This document shows positions 12,499 to 26,100 of a stretch of DNA of 64,000 bases, in pieces. Under the pieces are notes generated by a model. That model was not told the origin of the DNA and made no database searches. It saw only the letters and a program-made list of their open reading frames with translations. The first letter of the stretch is position 1. Each line of letters opens with the position of its first letter. The position numbers and the translations under genes are program-made. Source of the stretch: Lytechinus pictus (lineage: Eukaryota); contig NC_087252.1 in NCBI RefSeq assembly GCF_037042905.1, positions 13,022,001 to 13,086,000 of the forward strand, read 5' to 3'.

Positions 12499-12911
12499 GG
12501 GGAGGCAGTGTAGCTCAGTGGGGAGGCAGTGTAGCTCAGTCGGTTAGAGCGCCTGTTCTGGATAAGATCGTACTTTCGTAGATCTCAACGTGCGTGGGTT
12601 CGAGTCCCGCAGCATGCCGGAAGACGTCTAACAAAAAAACTGATGCTAGCGTTGTGTGTTAATAACGTGCCTCACCGCTGTGTTCAGTGCGGGTGTGAAT
12701 GCAGTTGGAAAACACTCCGTCCATCGGAAAGGACGCAAATGTTGGTCCCGTGTATAGGAGAGTCACAACCTATGCACGTTAAAACCAATACACTATTCGT
12801 CAAAGAGTAGGGTGTTCACCCGGTGTATTGCACCTGCCGGTCCCCGGTACTACAATACTGCAAGAATCTTCAGGATTGAAGGGGGCAGTGTAGCTTGAAG
12901 AAGAAGAAGAG
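12499..12911 (+). mobile_element. tRNA-derived SINE (second family), (GAA)n tail
   Basis: A-box TAGCTCAGTCGG and B-box GGTTCGAGTCCC, a non-tRNA body and a terminal GAAGAAGAAGAAG. The first 21 bp are tandemly duplicated. Confidence 0.75.
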
Positions 12912-13449
12912 TACTTTGGCGGCTTTGTCATGCATCGCTTCTCCAGAGCTGAGCTAACCAAGGGAGCTCCGGCCATGTTACTTCCTCTTTTCTTTTCGTG
13001 TCTTCACCGGGTTAAGACATACGAAGCTAAGTCTCTCTCCAACATTAAAATTGTTATGTTTGGAGACTTCTTGCTTATGGCTTCTTGTTTTTTATTTGGC
13101 TCATTTTTGTCGTATATCAATTTGAGTCTAGGTTGAACACACTAGCGCGAGTTTTCGTGTATTTTTAGAGCATTTTGGGGTCTTCTACTTTTGAGCTTTT
13201 TTTACCGTCACAGGTCGCTCGTATGGATCGAGAGCTCAAGAGAGCTTCTCCCCCGCACCTCTCGCGCGCCTATTACCTTGTGTTGGTAATCCTTTGTGCG
13301 GCGCTGGACTTGAAATGTTTTCTTGCTTCACCTTGAATTCTTTTCTGCGTCTTGTCTTGAATTAATTCTCGTTCTGACTTCTCCTCCGTATTTAGGTGGA
13401 GTTGCCTTGCGTCGCCATTTTTAGGTGATCTGTCAATCGACAGATCAAC

Positions 13450-13935
13450 TATTAATTTCGTACGAATTTTCTTTTTTATTTATTTATTTATTATTTTTCC
13501 GCCCTTTTCTTGTTAGCAGAAAATCTCCAAATCTACATCATCAATTATCTTCAAAATATCATCAGATATGGGGACTTATCATGTGATGTGAATAAAACAA
13601 GTTCAAGGTCAAAAGGTCATCATGACGTCATCTAGACGCCATTTTGTAAAATCACGTTATCAATCATATTATCAGAAATTATGAGTATTTACATCATATT
13701 AACTTCAGGTCAAGGGTCAACTGTACATGTCATCAAAGGTCATGTAAAGGTCACGACGTGCGCGTACGCGCGCGTCAAAATTTTAAAATGCTCAAAATCA
13801 CTTTTTGACCAAATTAAAGTACGAATCGGGTCATTTTAAGCATTTGAAAATTTTGATAAGGCATGAGACTTGCTTTCTTAAGGTCAAGGGTTCGAGCCCA
13901 GCGGGCAGGGGTGAACATGAGAATTTTTTTTTCTT
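13450..13935. mobile_element. Possible Helentron-associated (HINE/DINE-like) non-autonomous element
   Basis: T-rich ends, a short (TTTA)n near one end, an internal hairpin (CAAAATTTTAAAATGCT..AGCATTTGAAAATTTTG at ~13776-13855) and a small GC hairpin GCCCAGCGGGC near the other end. Confidence 0.35.
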
Positions 13936-14789
13936 TTTTTTTTCTTTTCAACATTTCACAAATGGTCCTTTATGACCATTACAATGTATATGAAATAAAA
14001 CATTGGACAATAAAAGATATTAAAATCCCTTTTAATGTACAATGTTCCTGTACAATATGTGTATGACCTACACTTTTTAATTTCCCTCTTTTTCAAGAGT
14101 ATTCAACACGTTCTTTTCGTGAGAGAAGTTCAGTTTTCATCATGATGATCATGTTGATCTCAATAAACATGCTGATTGTCTTCGTGATCATGAAATCAGA
14201 GACAGATCACCTAATTCGTCCTCATGGCGAATTAAAGTTCTAGTTATCATTATTGTTAGAGACTCTCGGTCTCTCTTCTATAGAGTGACTGTCTGATTCC
14301 TTGCTAGGGTGTTAATACTATCGTATTGTTTTAACTGTCCTTTGTTTACAATTAATTCATTTGAATTGTATAACTTCTTAATTCATCCGTGTGATTGATT
14401 TTTGTTTTGTCACTGTCTTAGACATTTTTCTTCTTTTCTCAGACGGTCTCTATTGTTCTTCGGTTGGCTATCGGACCTTTGTTCTTCGAAGCCACCTATT
14501 GTTCAATTAGCGATAATTATCTCGTCTTAGTTGTTGATTTTTACGGAGCCTTGTTTTGATTAATTAAACGTCCTGTTTCGTGTAATTAAAAAAATCAGGT
14601 GAGCTTCCTTGTTTTGTTGATTTTTGCGGAGCCTTGTTCTAATTAATTAACGTCTGATGTAATCAATTGATATTTTTTTTTTATCACTTGATCTTATTTT
14701 TTGTCTTCGGACTCGATGTTTTAGAAGTTGGTCCTGCTTATTAATTACCTGAATTATTAATGTTATTATAAATAATTTCTAGAAAGGAC

Positions 14790-16850
14790 CATGTTTTGTC
14801 TACCTTTCTAGAGACGCGTGAATACGACCCCATCAAACTCACGATAATCTGGTCAGGATGGAACCGCGTCCATGTGCCTGAACGGCTTGATCAGATTCGG
14901 GTGACGTTTCTCATACGAGATATCACGCCCCCCCCCCCCCCCCCCCCCCGACGCCCGCAAAGAAGAGGAAAAAGAAGAAGGAAATCTAGGGAAGACTTTC
15001 TGATTCTTGTGCCGATGGCTAGGCGTCGGAACTTACATGTTACACCAGAACGCCTCCGAGCAGATTTCTATCATTGTGCTCCCCATCAGCTAAAGCCGCC
15101 ATGTCAAGCACCAGGCAGGTCAAGCAGGCACTTACCATCTCACACCTCGGAGAGCCGCCGGCAATTTCATTCAATCGCCGGCTCACTCACCTGCAAGGTG
15201 TTACCGACATACTGACGTCGCCTCCATTATGTCACCAGACTCCCGATAACTATAATGTTGCTTCAAACGCCCACGAGCGGGTCATTTCCCCCACGCTCCC
15301 TGTCGGCTTCAGCCAACGTGCCAAGCACCGTGCGGTTCAAGCAGACACCTGCCATCTCCCGTCGGCCCTTTATTGAATCACTGGCCCGCTCACCTGCACT
15401 ATGCAGGTGCTCCCGACTTACGGTTCTCAACCCCAGCATGTCGGCAAGCTCCCGGTAACCGATTGCTGGGCGTTGCATCCTTACAGGTTGCATCAATACA
15501 TCCCTGAGCATGACGGGTTCTTATCCTCATGTTCTCGGTCATTTTAGACCGCTGCTACGTGACGGCCGTGCTTATCAGCAGTCTCACACCAGCCACCGGC
15601 TTTCTCTAGGACATTTCTCTATGAAATTCACCTGCACGGGTGATCTCTCGCAATGTACAAGTGCCGCCGACATATGGGTCTCATCCCCAGCAAGTTGGCA
15701 AGCCCCCGATTGTCGCTGGTTGGACGTTGCAGCCGATTTTGTTGCTTTACCACGCCTGTGAGCAGAGCAGGCTTGTACCCCCATGTTTTCTATCATTCTA
15801 TTCGCTGGTGTCGGGCAATGAGCGGATCGAGATTTCTCCCGCCAGCCCGCACTCTGGGGAGCCGTCGGCGATTCATCTGAATTTTTCAGCCTGCTCACCT
15901 GCATTGGTATCCCAAATTAATATGCAGGTGCTTCCAATTTTCTGGATTCGCTCTAGTCTACGTCCACGATCGCTCTTTCAGCGGTAACTCCCTCTAATCT
16001 ACCCACGGGCGGGCCCGTAGATTGGAGGGGAAAAAAATTTACATACCGCATGACATCCTCCTCTCGTGAGAATTTTTGGCTGCCTTCGAGTGGGCAACCT
16101 TTCACGCCAGCGTACCCTCCGCCAAGGCGACGGGACCGTCAGCTTTTGGCTTGAACCTCACTTTCTATATGAAAGTTATGGTGCTCTCTCTTTGTATTAA
16201 TTCCTACACTTTCCATCTAAGGTTAGAGTCAAGGCTGGTACAGGAACCTATCCATGGAGGATAAGTCTATTGTTATAATAACAATAGATAGTAACAATAG
16301 ATAATCCATGAACATGTCCATGGGCTAGTATAGATACCCGGTCTCCAGCGGCCACCGCTGTAGAGAAGGCGACTCTCCGATATGAACGCCAATACCGCTC
16401 AGCGGCATGGCTCATTATTTCTCTTGTAGCTCTGCCGAGCTTATGAGCTCAAATATCGGAGTTGAATGTCACGGCGATTGATAGCTCTCCTATACTTAGT
16501 AATCGCTATGCTACCACTGTCCGGTGCGCTATGGTTGTGATTAACCTCCTTGTCTGCAGCCGCACCGAACACCCAGAGGGAATCGGCTATTTCAATGCTA
16601 GATACCCCTCCCGTTGTCATTCACAGCTTTTTCCCGGTTGTGTAAGCACCACCGCGGATGAGAGTAACGGCCGCATATCTCATTTAGAATGTCGGCTGTG
16701 TACGTACGTGCGTTCAGGCGTGTTTCAAGGCCCAGGTTTTTCCTCCGTCGGCATTTCTATGCCTGCCTCCTGGGCGCACCTACCCCATTGGGTCGGCGAG
16801 TTCACACGAGACCAACGGTTAATTTTCCCGTGGCGGCAAATGCAGAAGTG
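14790..16850 (+). mobile_element. Highly decayed tyrosine-recombinase retroelement (DIRS/Ngaro-like)
   Basis: Collinear degenerate motifs across frames. RT: DPIKLTIIWSG, SREDFLIL (~YLDDFLI). RNase H: QADTC (~TDAC), CINTS. YR: KPPI..., CFLSFYSLV, SAIHL, IFWIRSS..LPL, YTFHLR (~YTFHSLR), IHGG*S (~HGDW.S). Possible SGNH-like remnant at 16440-16810. GC-rich relative to flanks. Matched by eye only. Confidence 0.55.
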
Positions 16851-17146
16851 AGCTGTCCGCCGCCAGGCCTTCGGCCAAGTTCAACAGTCTATCTGATAAA
16901 CTGCTTTCTGTGTGGGTCAAGCTTGCGGGCGTCTCCGCCGCTTCCTCTTCGTGTGGGAGTGAGTTATAGGTCCATGGTTACGGTTGACGCATTCAACGTG
17001 CCCGTCGGGCGAGTTGTCTTCTTATTTTAGAAGCTTCTTCACTCTGCACAATTGAGTCGATTCGCAGGCCGCCTTCATCCTCCATCCATTCTACGATTGT
17101 GGCCATGGCCACTGCAAGCCGGGGAGGATGTGATCGTGGAGAGAAA

Positions 17147-17215
<69 letters not shown>

Positions 17216-17964
17216 GTGTGTGTGTTTATCTGTCTACCCCCCCCCCCCCCCCCCCCCCCCATCGCCGTGACCCGCTATCTCTCGGGCGACTGGACGATCG
17301 AGTCCCTCCGTTAAAATGATCCACTTCACCAGAGCTCTTCTTATTGAAAATGTAGATTCTCATCCCACGTTTCTAGAGGCGTCGGTTTTGCCGCACCCCC
17401 CCCCCCCCTCCCGCGACTTTCGTAACTCCGCAACTGGCGCCGTGGATGTTCACCCTTGCGATCACCACTTTGGCGACCTACTGGATTAACCAAGTCTTGT
17501 GGCTGGTGTTTTTTTTTGGTAAACAACTGCTTTTCGTCGTAGACTTCGGGAAATAAGATGATTATTTCCCTCACATTGTTCTACTCCTTCGCTTTTTTTC
17601 AGGCGAGGACACTGTTAGCCTATTGTCTGTTGCTTTGTTAGCATAGGCCTATTATCAGGCAAATTTTGCTTGACCATGTTTCATTCATATTTTACGCATA
17701 AGATCTCATATGGAAGAAGAAAAGATAGTCATTCAAGTTATGAACTTTTCTCCGAATAGATAGCGGTAAAAGTCAGAACAATCTACTCAAACTCGTAATT
17801 TTGATTGTTCGCCGCTTTCCATTGTGCTAAGTCATGTGTGCATTATGAACATTGAGGTTAACTGTAAATGAAAAGGGGAGATGCATATATTTTTATTGAT
17901 GTACACCTTTTAAATGATATTAATTATTATGATGACAAAAAATACACTTAATTACAGTTTCTAT

Positions 17965-18560
17965 TTTTCTGTATATGCAACCAACGCTGGTTGAAACTTC
18001 ATGTCTAACAGCTTTGTTACAGCCAGGTTGTGGTCAATCCGATCGAAGGCCTTTGAGAAATAAGTAGCCAATTTTTGACAAACGTAACAGAAAATTGTAG
18101 AATTCATCGCATTTATTGTCTACAATGTTAGATTTGAAGGCACTCGACAAATCACAGTCAAGGAGTTTAAGGCCAAATTCACGAATGGCACTGCCCTTCA
18201 TTGGTTTTGTTATTTTTTTTACTCACGCGATTCATTTTAGCCGGGGTAAAGTCACTTGAGGACCAAAGGAGTGATTTATGATCACATGATTCTAGTACAG
18301 GTGACATAAACATTGTGACTTATAGTATAGACGTAAGTGATGTTTTCGTCTAAGATTCTGGCTCCCCATGTTGTCTTGTCTACAGCTTGGAGCAAACTCA
18401 TATCCGATGTCAAACAAGATATATCAAGGTCATTGAAGTCTCCCATGATTAGAAACCCAACATCAAGTTAACGGGAAGAAATATAATCAGTTGTTTACAA
18501 GGAGTGATTTATTAGACTTTCCTCATTCTCACTGTTAGGGGGGCGGTAAACCACACCTAT
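17965..18560 (-). mobile_element. Internally deleted CR1-group LINE fragment
   Basis: Minus strand: APE motifs GVVYRPPN, FLIMGDFNDLDI and TWGARILD, followed directly by RT motif FSKAFDRIDHNLAV. Stops present. Confidence 0.75.
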
Positions 18561-19231
18561 TACCTTTATTAAAACCTGGTGCACTTTGTGATTTCTAAGC
18601 CGCTGGGAAACTCAATATGTCAGGCACAAGTTTGGGGGTTAAATGGCACCTGGGACTGTTTCTCCCCCACCCCTTCTGTGTGTGAACCAAGTATTCAGAG
18701 TCCAGCAATGTCAACATGCATATCTAAAACTGAAAGAGCGAAAAATCAAGAGGAAATCAGTAGGGACTTGATGTAATTAGCAATGGGAAAAACGTTTCTC
18801 ATGCATTTGTATTCACAGTCTAGTTCCCATTCTGTTCATGCTTTTGTAAGGAAGGGTTTTTTGCTAATTTGGCATTGCTGATACCACAACTAACTATTGA
18901 GCGGTACACTTCAGTAGACATCCTTGTGAGAGAGCATTGTACCCTAGTGTGCAGAAGTTGATGTCTACATAGTAGAGACATACCATTGTCCACAGAATGA
19001 CAGAGCAATAGGTGGCCACAGCCACAATGGAAAAGGTCTTGTCTCAATGAATGGAACTATAAAAATTTGCTCAAGAGAGTTAAACATCCATAGTATGTGT
19101 ACTTGTCAAAAGTAACAAACTTGAAATCAAAATACCACTGTTTTCATCAAAACAGGTGCACGGTGCCCCATGATATTCGTCCTCCAATGTCCATGAGTAG
19201 TAATTTCCATGGTAGTACATTAGTGTTAAGA

Positions 19232-22113
19232 TGTTATGTGCCCTCGAGTCGATCTTGACTCCTATGGTGAGCCCACGGACAAACATTTTCCATGCTGTTC
19301 TCTCATGTGAAAGCATGCCTATTTCTCTCAAAAATTTTCCAGTTTCTTTTGTTATTCCTTCCAAGTATCTATTCCTTTATTTTCCTCTTCTCTTTCTGCC
19401 TTGTACCTTCCCAGGCATGATGTCCTGCTTCACACCTTTTGATCTGATAATGTGTCAAAAATATTTTAGTCTCTGTCGTCTCAAGGGAGTAGCTCGATTC
19501 TACTTCTTCAATGATTTTCTTATTTGTTCTCTTTTTAGTCCAAGAAATCCTCAACATCCTGCGCTAACGCCATAGTTCAAAGGCATCTAATGTATTCCTC
19601 TTGCCTTCTAGACTTTCCAGCATTCGCTTCCATTTAATAGAACGGAGAATACTAATGTATTTATCATCTCTACCTTTGCTTTCTTGCTAATATTTCTATT
19701 TTTCATTAGCTTGTTGAGTCTAGCCATCGCAGATTTCCCAAGAACGATTCGCCGCCCTATTTCTGAGACACAGCCAGCATCCTTTTCTACTTTGGATCCA
19801 AGGAATACAAAACTTTTTACAACTTCGATGTTTTTATTTCTAAATGTAAAGTTTTTGAGATTGCAAGAAGTCATACCCTTTATATATATATATACATGTA
19901 TATCTATATATATTAACGTTTAGTCTGATTTTTCGACTTTCTGCTTGTACTTTTGAAATTGGTGTCCTCGAGTCCTCCTCGTTCTCTGCAATAATGTTGT
20001 ATCAACGGTATACAGCAGATTGTTCACAGTAATACACCCTACTTTGATGCCTACAATTGTTTCCTCAACTAGTCTCATGATATGCTCACCATGTAGATTG
20101 AAAAGGTACGGAGATAAAATTCACCCCTGTCTCACGCCTTTCTCTCTGTTAAAGTAATTTGTTTCTCCAATTTCAGATTTCTAATAAGTACTGTGAGATG
20201 TTCAGGTACTCCCATAGTATGCCAAACATTCCACAGTGAGTCATGATCCACATAGTCAAAAGCTTTGCTGTAATCAATAAATATAAATATTCATCTTGTT
20301 GATACTCCCTTTCTTTTGTCCATTATCCATCTCAGGTTTGCATTCTGATCTCTTGTTCCTTTACATTTCCGGAAGCCAGCCTGTTCATCTTGGAGTTCAT
20401 GTTTGATTATTGGTTCCATTCGCTTCTGTAATTTCTTAAGTAGAATTTTGCGTATGTGGTATAAGAGCAATGGTTCTGTAATTTGAGCATTCTGATGGAT
20501 CACCTTTCTTGTAGATTGGTATGAACACTGATCTTTTCAATTCATTGGGCCACACAGTGGTTTTCTTGATGGTTTGGCATAGACTTGTGTTTATCTTGAT
20601 GGAATCTTCTTCAGCTTTCAAGAGTTATATTGATATGCCACCAGTTGCTGAAGCCTTTCCATCATGAATTCCTTCTATAGCTTTCCTCACCTCTATGAAA
20701 CATTTGATTCATTCTCAAAATTATGAGGTTCATACGATTGGGTTATACTAGCATTCTTTTGTAGAGATAGCAAGTATACTCTTGCCATTTTTTCTTGGTG
20801 TCTTCTTTTTCAGGGTAGGTCAAGTACTGATAAATTTTAATGATACCCATTCTTGATACATGCTTACCACTTCTTCTTGCATAAGTCTCTAGTCTTTCCT
20901 TTTCTGTTGTTCTCCTAAATTTGTTGGCATTACCTATTAATATATGATTATTTGTCTCTTCTTGCCTGTTGTTGAAATTTACTATTTAGCTTTTCACTTC
21001 CTCACAAATTGTATCTTCTGTAAGCCACTTTGTTTATCTTTTTTGTTTCTTCTTTGGAATGTATTTCCTTGCCTTTTCTTGAATAATGTGTCTAATTTCT
21101 CCCCATAGCTCGTTAGAATCCATTTCTTTTTCCATCCATTTCGCTAAGAATAGCAAAAGTGTATTTCACCTGTACTCCATATTCGCTAGGAATTCATTGG
21201 AAGTCGTAAAAATCCCTTGTTTTAGTTTTAGTATTTTTTTTCAGCTTTATTTTGATATTTGAGATGAGTAGCTGAAGATCTGATCAACAGTGGGCTCCTG
21301 GAAGGGTTTTGCAACTATGATATTTCACTTTTCCACCGACTACTACTACACATGATATAATCTATACGAATTATGTACTGTTTGTTTGGGAATATCCATG
21401 TGTGCATTCGACGTCTAGGTTTCTGGAAGTTAATTAGAATGTTTCCAACGCAAAACGCAAAACTCAATAAGTATCTCATTTTGTTCTCTATTTCGTTCTC
21501 CAAGTCCATATTTTCTAGCCATTCCGGGTACTCTTTCCTCTCCAACTTTTGCAGTATGGTTTTCAATGATCAGTAGTAGGTCTCTTTTTTGTGTAGAGTC
21601 TATGACCTGTGGTATTTTTTCATAAAATTCCTCTGTCTCTTCTTCTGATTCCGAGGCTGGAGTATAAACCTGTACAACTGTTACATTGGTAGGGTGTCCC
21701 TTTAGTCTTATTGAGATGATTCTATCATTGATTTGATTGTATCCCAACACTGTCTTATTGAGGTGCTTGTGTATGATCAATGCTACGCTATATCTTTTGA
21801 TGGTATTGTTCCCAGAGTAATACACTGTATGATCATCGAAGTGAAAGTATCCTATTCCTGTCCATTTCAGTTCGCTTATTCCCATCAGCTTAATGTTGAT
21901 ACGCCCCATTTCAGACTTTACAATTACAAGTTTACCTAATCCCATGCTTCTGATATCCATGTTCCTATCATATTGATCTTGGCAAAGCTAGTACTCCTTA
22001 TTTCAAGTCTGGTGATATCAGCGGCTGGACTTCCTTGCGAGTTCAGCAGCGTCATCACATACAGGTTTATGTGGAGTAGCTCTGAACTTTTCCCCAGTAT
22101 CTTGTCTGGTACC
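19232..22113 (-). mobile_element. RTE-clade (BovB-like) LINE, near full length, decayed
   Basis: Fragmented APE-RT: GISELKWTGIGYF, RIISIRLKGHP, VYTP, IDYIM, IPIYKKGDPSECSNYRTIALI, DEQAGFRK.KGTRDQ, DYSKAFD, NNLLYTVDTTL (degenerate YADD), FVFLGS, ECW, MLRISWT. Many frameshifts; (TA)n insertion at ~19880. Confidence 0.9.
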
Positions 22114-22829
22114 TTTAAAGCCTATATATCTATATTAATGGCAATAGATGAATTACAAATTCAAGGAAAATGATATCAGCAGCTCTACAAAGTGTGTGCA
22201 TCCAAGGGGGCCACTACATGATTGTTAGGATAAGAAGGGGAAAAAGGAGGGGAAAGATCAGAGAGGAAAAAGGGAAAAGACGGAAAATAGAAGAGGGGAA
22301 AGGGGCATGAGACAGGACTAGCTGAGTTTGCAGAGGGCGAAGGAACCATCCAACGTCCCACCCCCCCCCCCCGGAAATGCGACTTGAATGGAAGTGAAAA
22401 GGCGAAAAGGACAAATGAGGAGAGATGAAAGAGACAATGCCGAAAAAGCCCAACACTCCGTCCTCCATGAAGTAGCGGGGAGGGGATATTTATTTTGTTT
22501 TATTAAGCAGATGCAAGCTGGGACCGCCACTTCTCACGTTGGTGACTTACCTCTCCAAGTGATGTAAAGAAAAAGACAGAGCATGAAAGGGAAAAAGGGA
22601 AAATGAAGAAACATGACACGGAATAAGGAGAGAAAGGAAATAGAGTGAGAAAGAAAAAAACAGGAAGAAGAAAATAGAAAAAAACAATAGATATAGCCTT
22701 GTAAAGGAAGAAATATCTGTTAATATTTTCCTTGAAATTATGAATAGTTAAGCCTGGAAATGAGAGGAAAATACATATACAAGAAAAAAAAAGGAAAATT
22801 GTAATGGCAGTTCTTTCAAGTCAATAAAT

Positions 22830-23110
22830 CAAAATGAACATTCCGATCGCGATTCGAGCTCACATTGCTTGTTTAATTAGATTCATATCATATTAAAGAG
22901 GGTTAAGATGGCGTTCAAAATATCCTGTTATTGAAAAGCAAAAGAACGGTGCTTGAAACCAACTTTTGTGGGGGTTAATAGATAAGAAATAGCGCTTCAC
23001 GATCTCAATATTTGTCTATAAATATCCATCTTGTTCATGCATGCCCAGTCCTTTATCAGTGAGATCTGTATACCAATCATGAATTCTTACAGACAGTCCT
23101 AAAAACTTAT
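22830..23110. repeat. Degenerate GCTCGCGCT..CGCTCGCATT interspersed/tandem repeat (left piece)
   Basis: Same motif family as 26296-26950 and 32650-34160. Interrupted by the 23118-26295 element. Confidence 0.45.
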
Positions 23111-23117
23111 GTTTTTC

Positions 23118-26100
23118 ATGTCAGGTCGAGATTTGAGAAAAGTAGACTGCCTTAGGCAAATCGTGTTAATGCTGAATTGAGAAGTGCTTTAACATAATTT
23201 GAGGGCACTGAGTCCAAATTTGCTGTTTGCCAACCTTGATTTTGATGTTAAAATCCTCAAAATGGCAAAACAATATGACCGCCATTCTACACCGATTTTT
23301 ACTCTATTTTGACCCCCAAAACGTGTAACAAAAATGTTTTTCAACGGTTTTTGGTACTATTTGATCTCAGAAATAACATACTAAAAATCCACCAAAATCC
23401 GTATCCGGGAGAGTGGTTATTTTCAAGATGGCGTATAAGATAGCCGCCATTAACTGAAAATTTAAATAACCGGCACTTTATCTACCCCAGACACCCTTTT
23501 CCGTGCATACATGTATTCAATGGTGGAGGGCGAAAAAGGAAAGAGTGAAGCACTCCAGGGTACCTGAAAATCCAAGATTGCGTAAAAATGGCTGCCATGG
23601 CCTAAAAATTTATAATTCATCTATTACGTATTTTAGTGTCTTTATTTGGGTTTTATTCATTGGTGATTTCAAGGGTCAAGAAGTAAACCGGGACAAGTTA
23701 CACGGACATTGAACAGTCCACTATGTCCAAAAATCCAAGATGGCTTTCAAAATTGGAGTCTAAAATAGCTGTTGTTATCTATAAAAAAAAAACCTAACCC
23801 GACATAGTTTGTTTAATATCTGCCTTGGAGATATGATGTTATTGTCTAACCCATGGTTTAATGGGTCAAGAAATACGTTGGGACAAGTAAAAAAAGACAG
23901 TCTATGGTCCTCCATGTCCAAAAATCCAAGATGGTTTCCAAAAATGGAGTATAAAATGTCTGTCTTTAATTACAAACCGACACAGTTTGTTAAATAACCA
24001 CCTGGAGAATATGATTTTTTTTAGTATAACGCATGGTTTAAAGGGTCATTATTTGATTTGGACAAGTTACAAGGACAGTTAGTGATTCCAGTATGTCCAA
24101 AAATCCATAATGGCTTCCAAAAATGGAGTCTATATAGGCCGTTCTTACCGAAAAACTGACATAGTTTGTTTAATATCAGCCAGGGGTATATGATTTTGGT
24201 GTTTAACCCATGGTTTAAAGGGTCAAGTAATAAATTAGGACCAGTTACAAGGACAGAGGTTCAGCATGTCCAAGAATCCAAGAAGGCTTCCAACATTGGA
24301 GTCTAAAATTGCTATTGTTACCTAAAAACTGAAAAAGTTTGTTTAATATCCGCCTTGGGGTATATGATTATATTGTCTAACCCTTGGTTTAAATGGTCAA
24401 GTAATACATTAGGATAAGTTACAAGGACAATCAATGGTCCTGTATGTCTAAAAATCCAAGATGGCATCCAATTAAGGAGTCTAAAATGGCTGCTGATACT
24501 TAAAAATTGACAAAATCTATTTTGAATCCATCTTGGAGATATGATGTTGGTGTCTACACTACGGTTTCAAGGGTTAAATAATCTCTTGGATTAGTTACAA
24601 TGGTATGAAGCTGTCCATTTTGCCTATTATTTAAAGTTGGCTTTCAAAATAAGTCTAAAAAGACTTCCATCACCTAAACATAGTCATAATTAGGTGAACA
24701 AAATCTACACTATTGTGGTTTAAAGGCTAAAATAATAAATCGGGACAAATAAAAGGATGGTTAGTTTCTTTTTCGTCGTAAAAAGTCCAAAGTGACTTCT
24801 AAAATTGAGTAAAAAGATGACTGCTGTCCCGTAATCATGAAACCATAGGATAGTCCTAAGCACAAAAATGACGTGTCTTGAAATACTTATGAGTGAATTA
24901 TGGAAATTTTTAGGTGAAAGTGTACCTTATTTTTTAAAGTTTGTTTTTGGATGTTTACTTATTGTTGCACCACTATCTAATTATGTCACTAATTCTTGTA
25001 AAACATATTTTCATGAGGCTTAGAATCAGAGACACCAAAATAGTGGCACTAAATGGGATATAAAGTATTGTCATTTTTGTATTTTTGTAACAATGCTGGC
25101 CAATTTGAATGTAATTTTTGGAGCCTTCTTTATTTTTTTTTACAAAATGGACAAAAGTGTATCCCTGTAATTCGTCTTAACCTATATCATTTGACCCTTT
25201 AAATCATGAGAAAGACACAAAAATGTTCTTACATGGTAGGTAAATAGTATGAACTTTGCAGCCAGATTTTTAAGAAATAGCAACTATTTTTTAAGCCATC
25301 ATCATTTTTTGTTTGCAAAACTGCACCACTGATAAACCTTGAAATTTTTCCAATGTAATTTTTCCCTTTGGAACCACGATTTTTTATACGTTTTATTTTA
25401 TTCTCGGTAGACCCCAAAGTTATTTCTACCAGGTGGATATTATATGAATTTGGACCATTTCAAAGTTACAACGTCCATTATAGACGCCATTTTGGAAAGT
25501 CATCTTGGATTCTCTGACACATTCACTGACTATCTTGTAAACATGTCCTGATTCATTATTTGCCTTGAAAGCTTTTTGATGATTTTGATTGTGAGGATTT
25601 ACTTTATTTTTGGAGTTGATGGTACAACGACTGCCGTTGTGGACGCTATGTTGGATTTCCAGGTAACCTTGACAACGTTTTGTAACTACAACATGTGTCA
25701 ACAGACGTTGTTTAATCCTAACATGCCTAAGTTTCATGAAATAGACATCTATACCCTAAAAGTTGTGACATTTCAAAAACTTAACCTCCGTTAACTTTTG
25801 ATGTTGACTTCGCCGCCGCCGTCGGAAAAGCGACGTCCATGTCTTGCTTCTGTTATGCAGGCGAGGAAAAAATGGCGGACACGTTGAAGATATCACAATG
25901 TGAATATGCCAGCATCGCCCCCAAATTATCAAACATTTGGCCATATTATTTATCAAATCAGCAGCTGTGAATCATGGCAGCCATCTTGGAATTAAAGATG
26001 GCTGAGGAATCAGACACATTATGTTTGCAACCCTTGGAATAAAAAATAACGCATAGATCCCATTTTTTGAAATATAATCACCCATAAAAATCGTTTAATA

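Noticed and set aside
12520..12620. tRNA gene
   Set aside because: A and B boxes are present, but there is no proper anticodon arm and the sequence continues into a SINE body with a (GAA)n tail. The same applies to the heads at 9982, 27646 and 58319.
12930..13420. CpG-rich segment with minus-strand AAAATGGCG start and a GT donor
   Set aside because: The frame closes after 8 codons and cannot be tied to a gene or element.
18301..18332. AG/GT-bounded micro-exon on the plus strand
   Set aside because: Lies within the antisense LINE fragment, so the splice-like signals are likely coincidental.
18820..19230. Possible second Harbinger/ALP1-like nuclease remnant on the minus strand (KTFSIVAVA.., NALSQGCL..)
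   Set aside because: Similarity is too weak to support by eye; it needs an HMM search.
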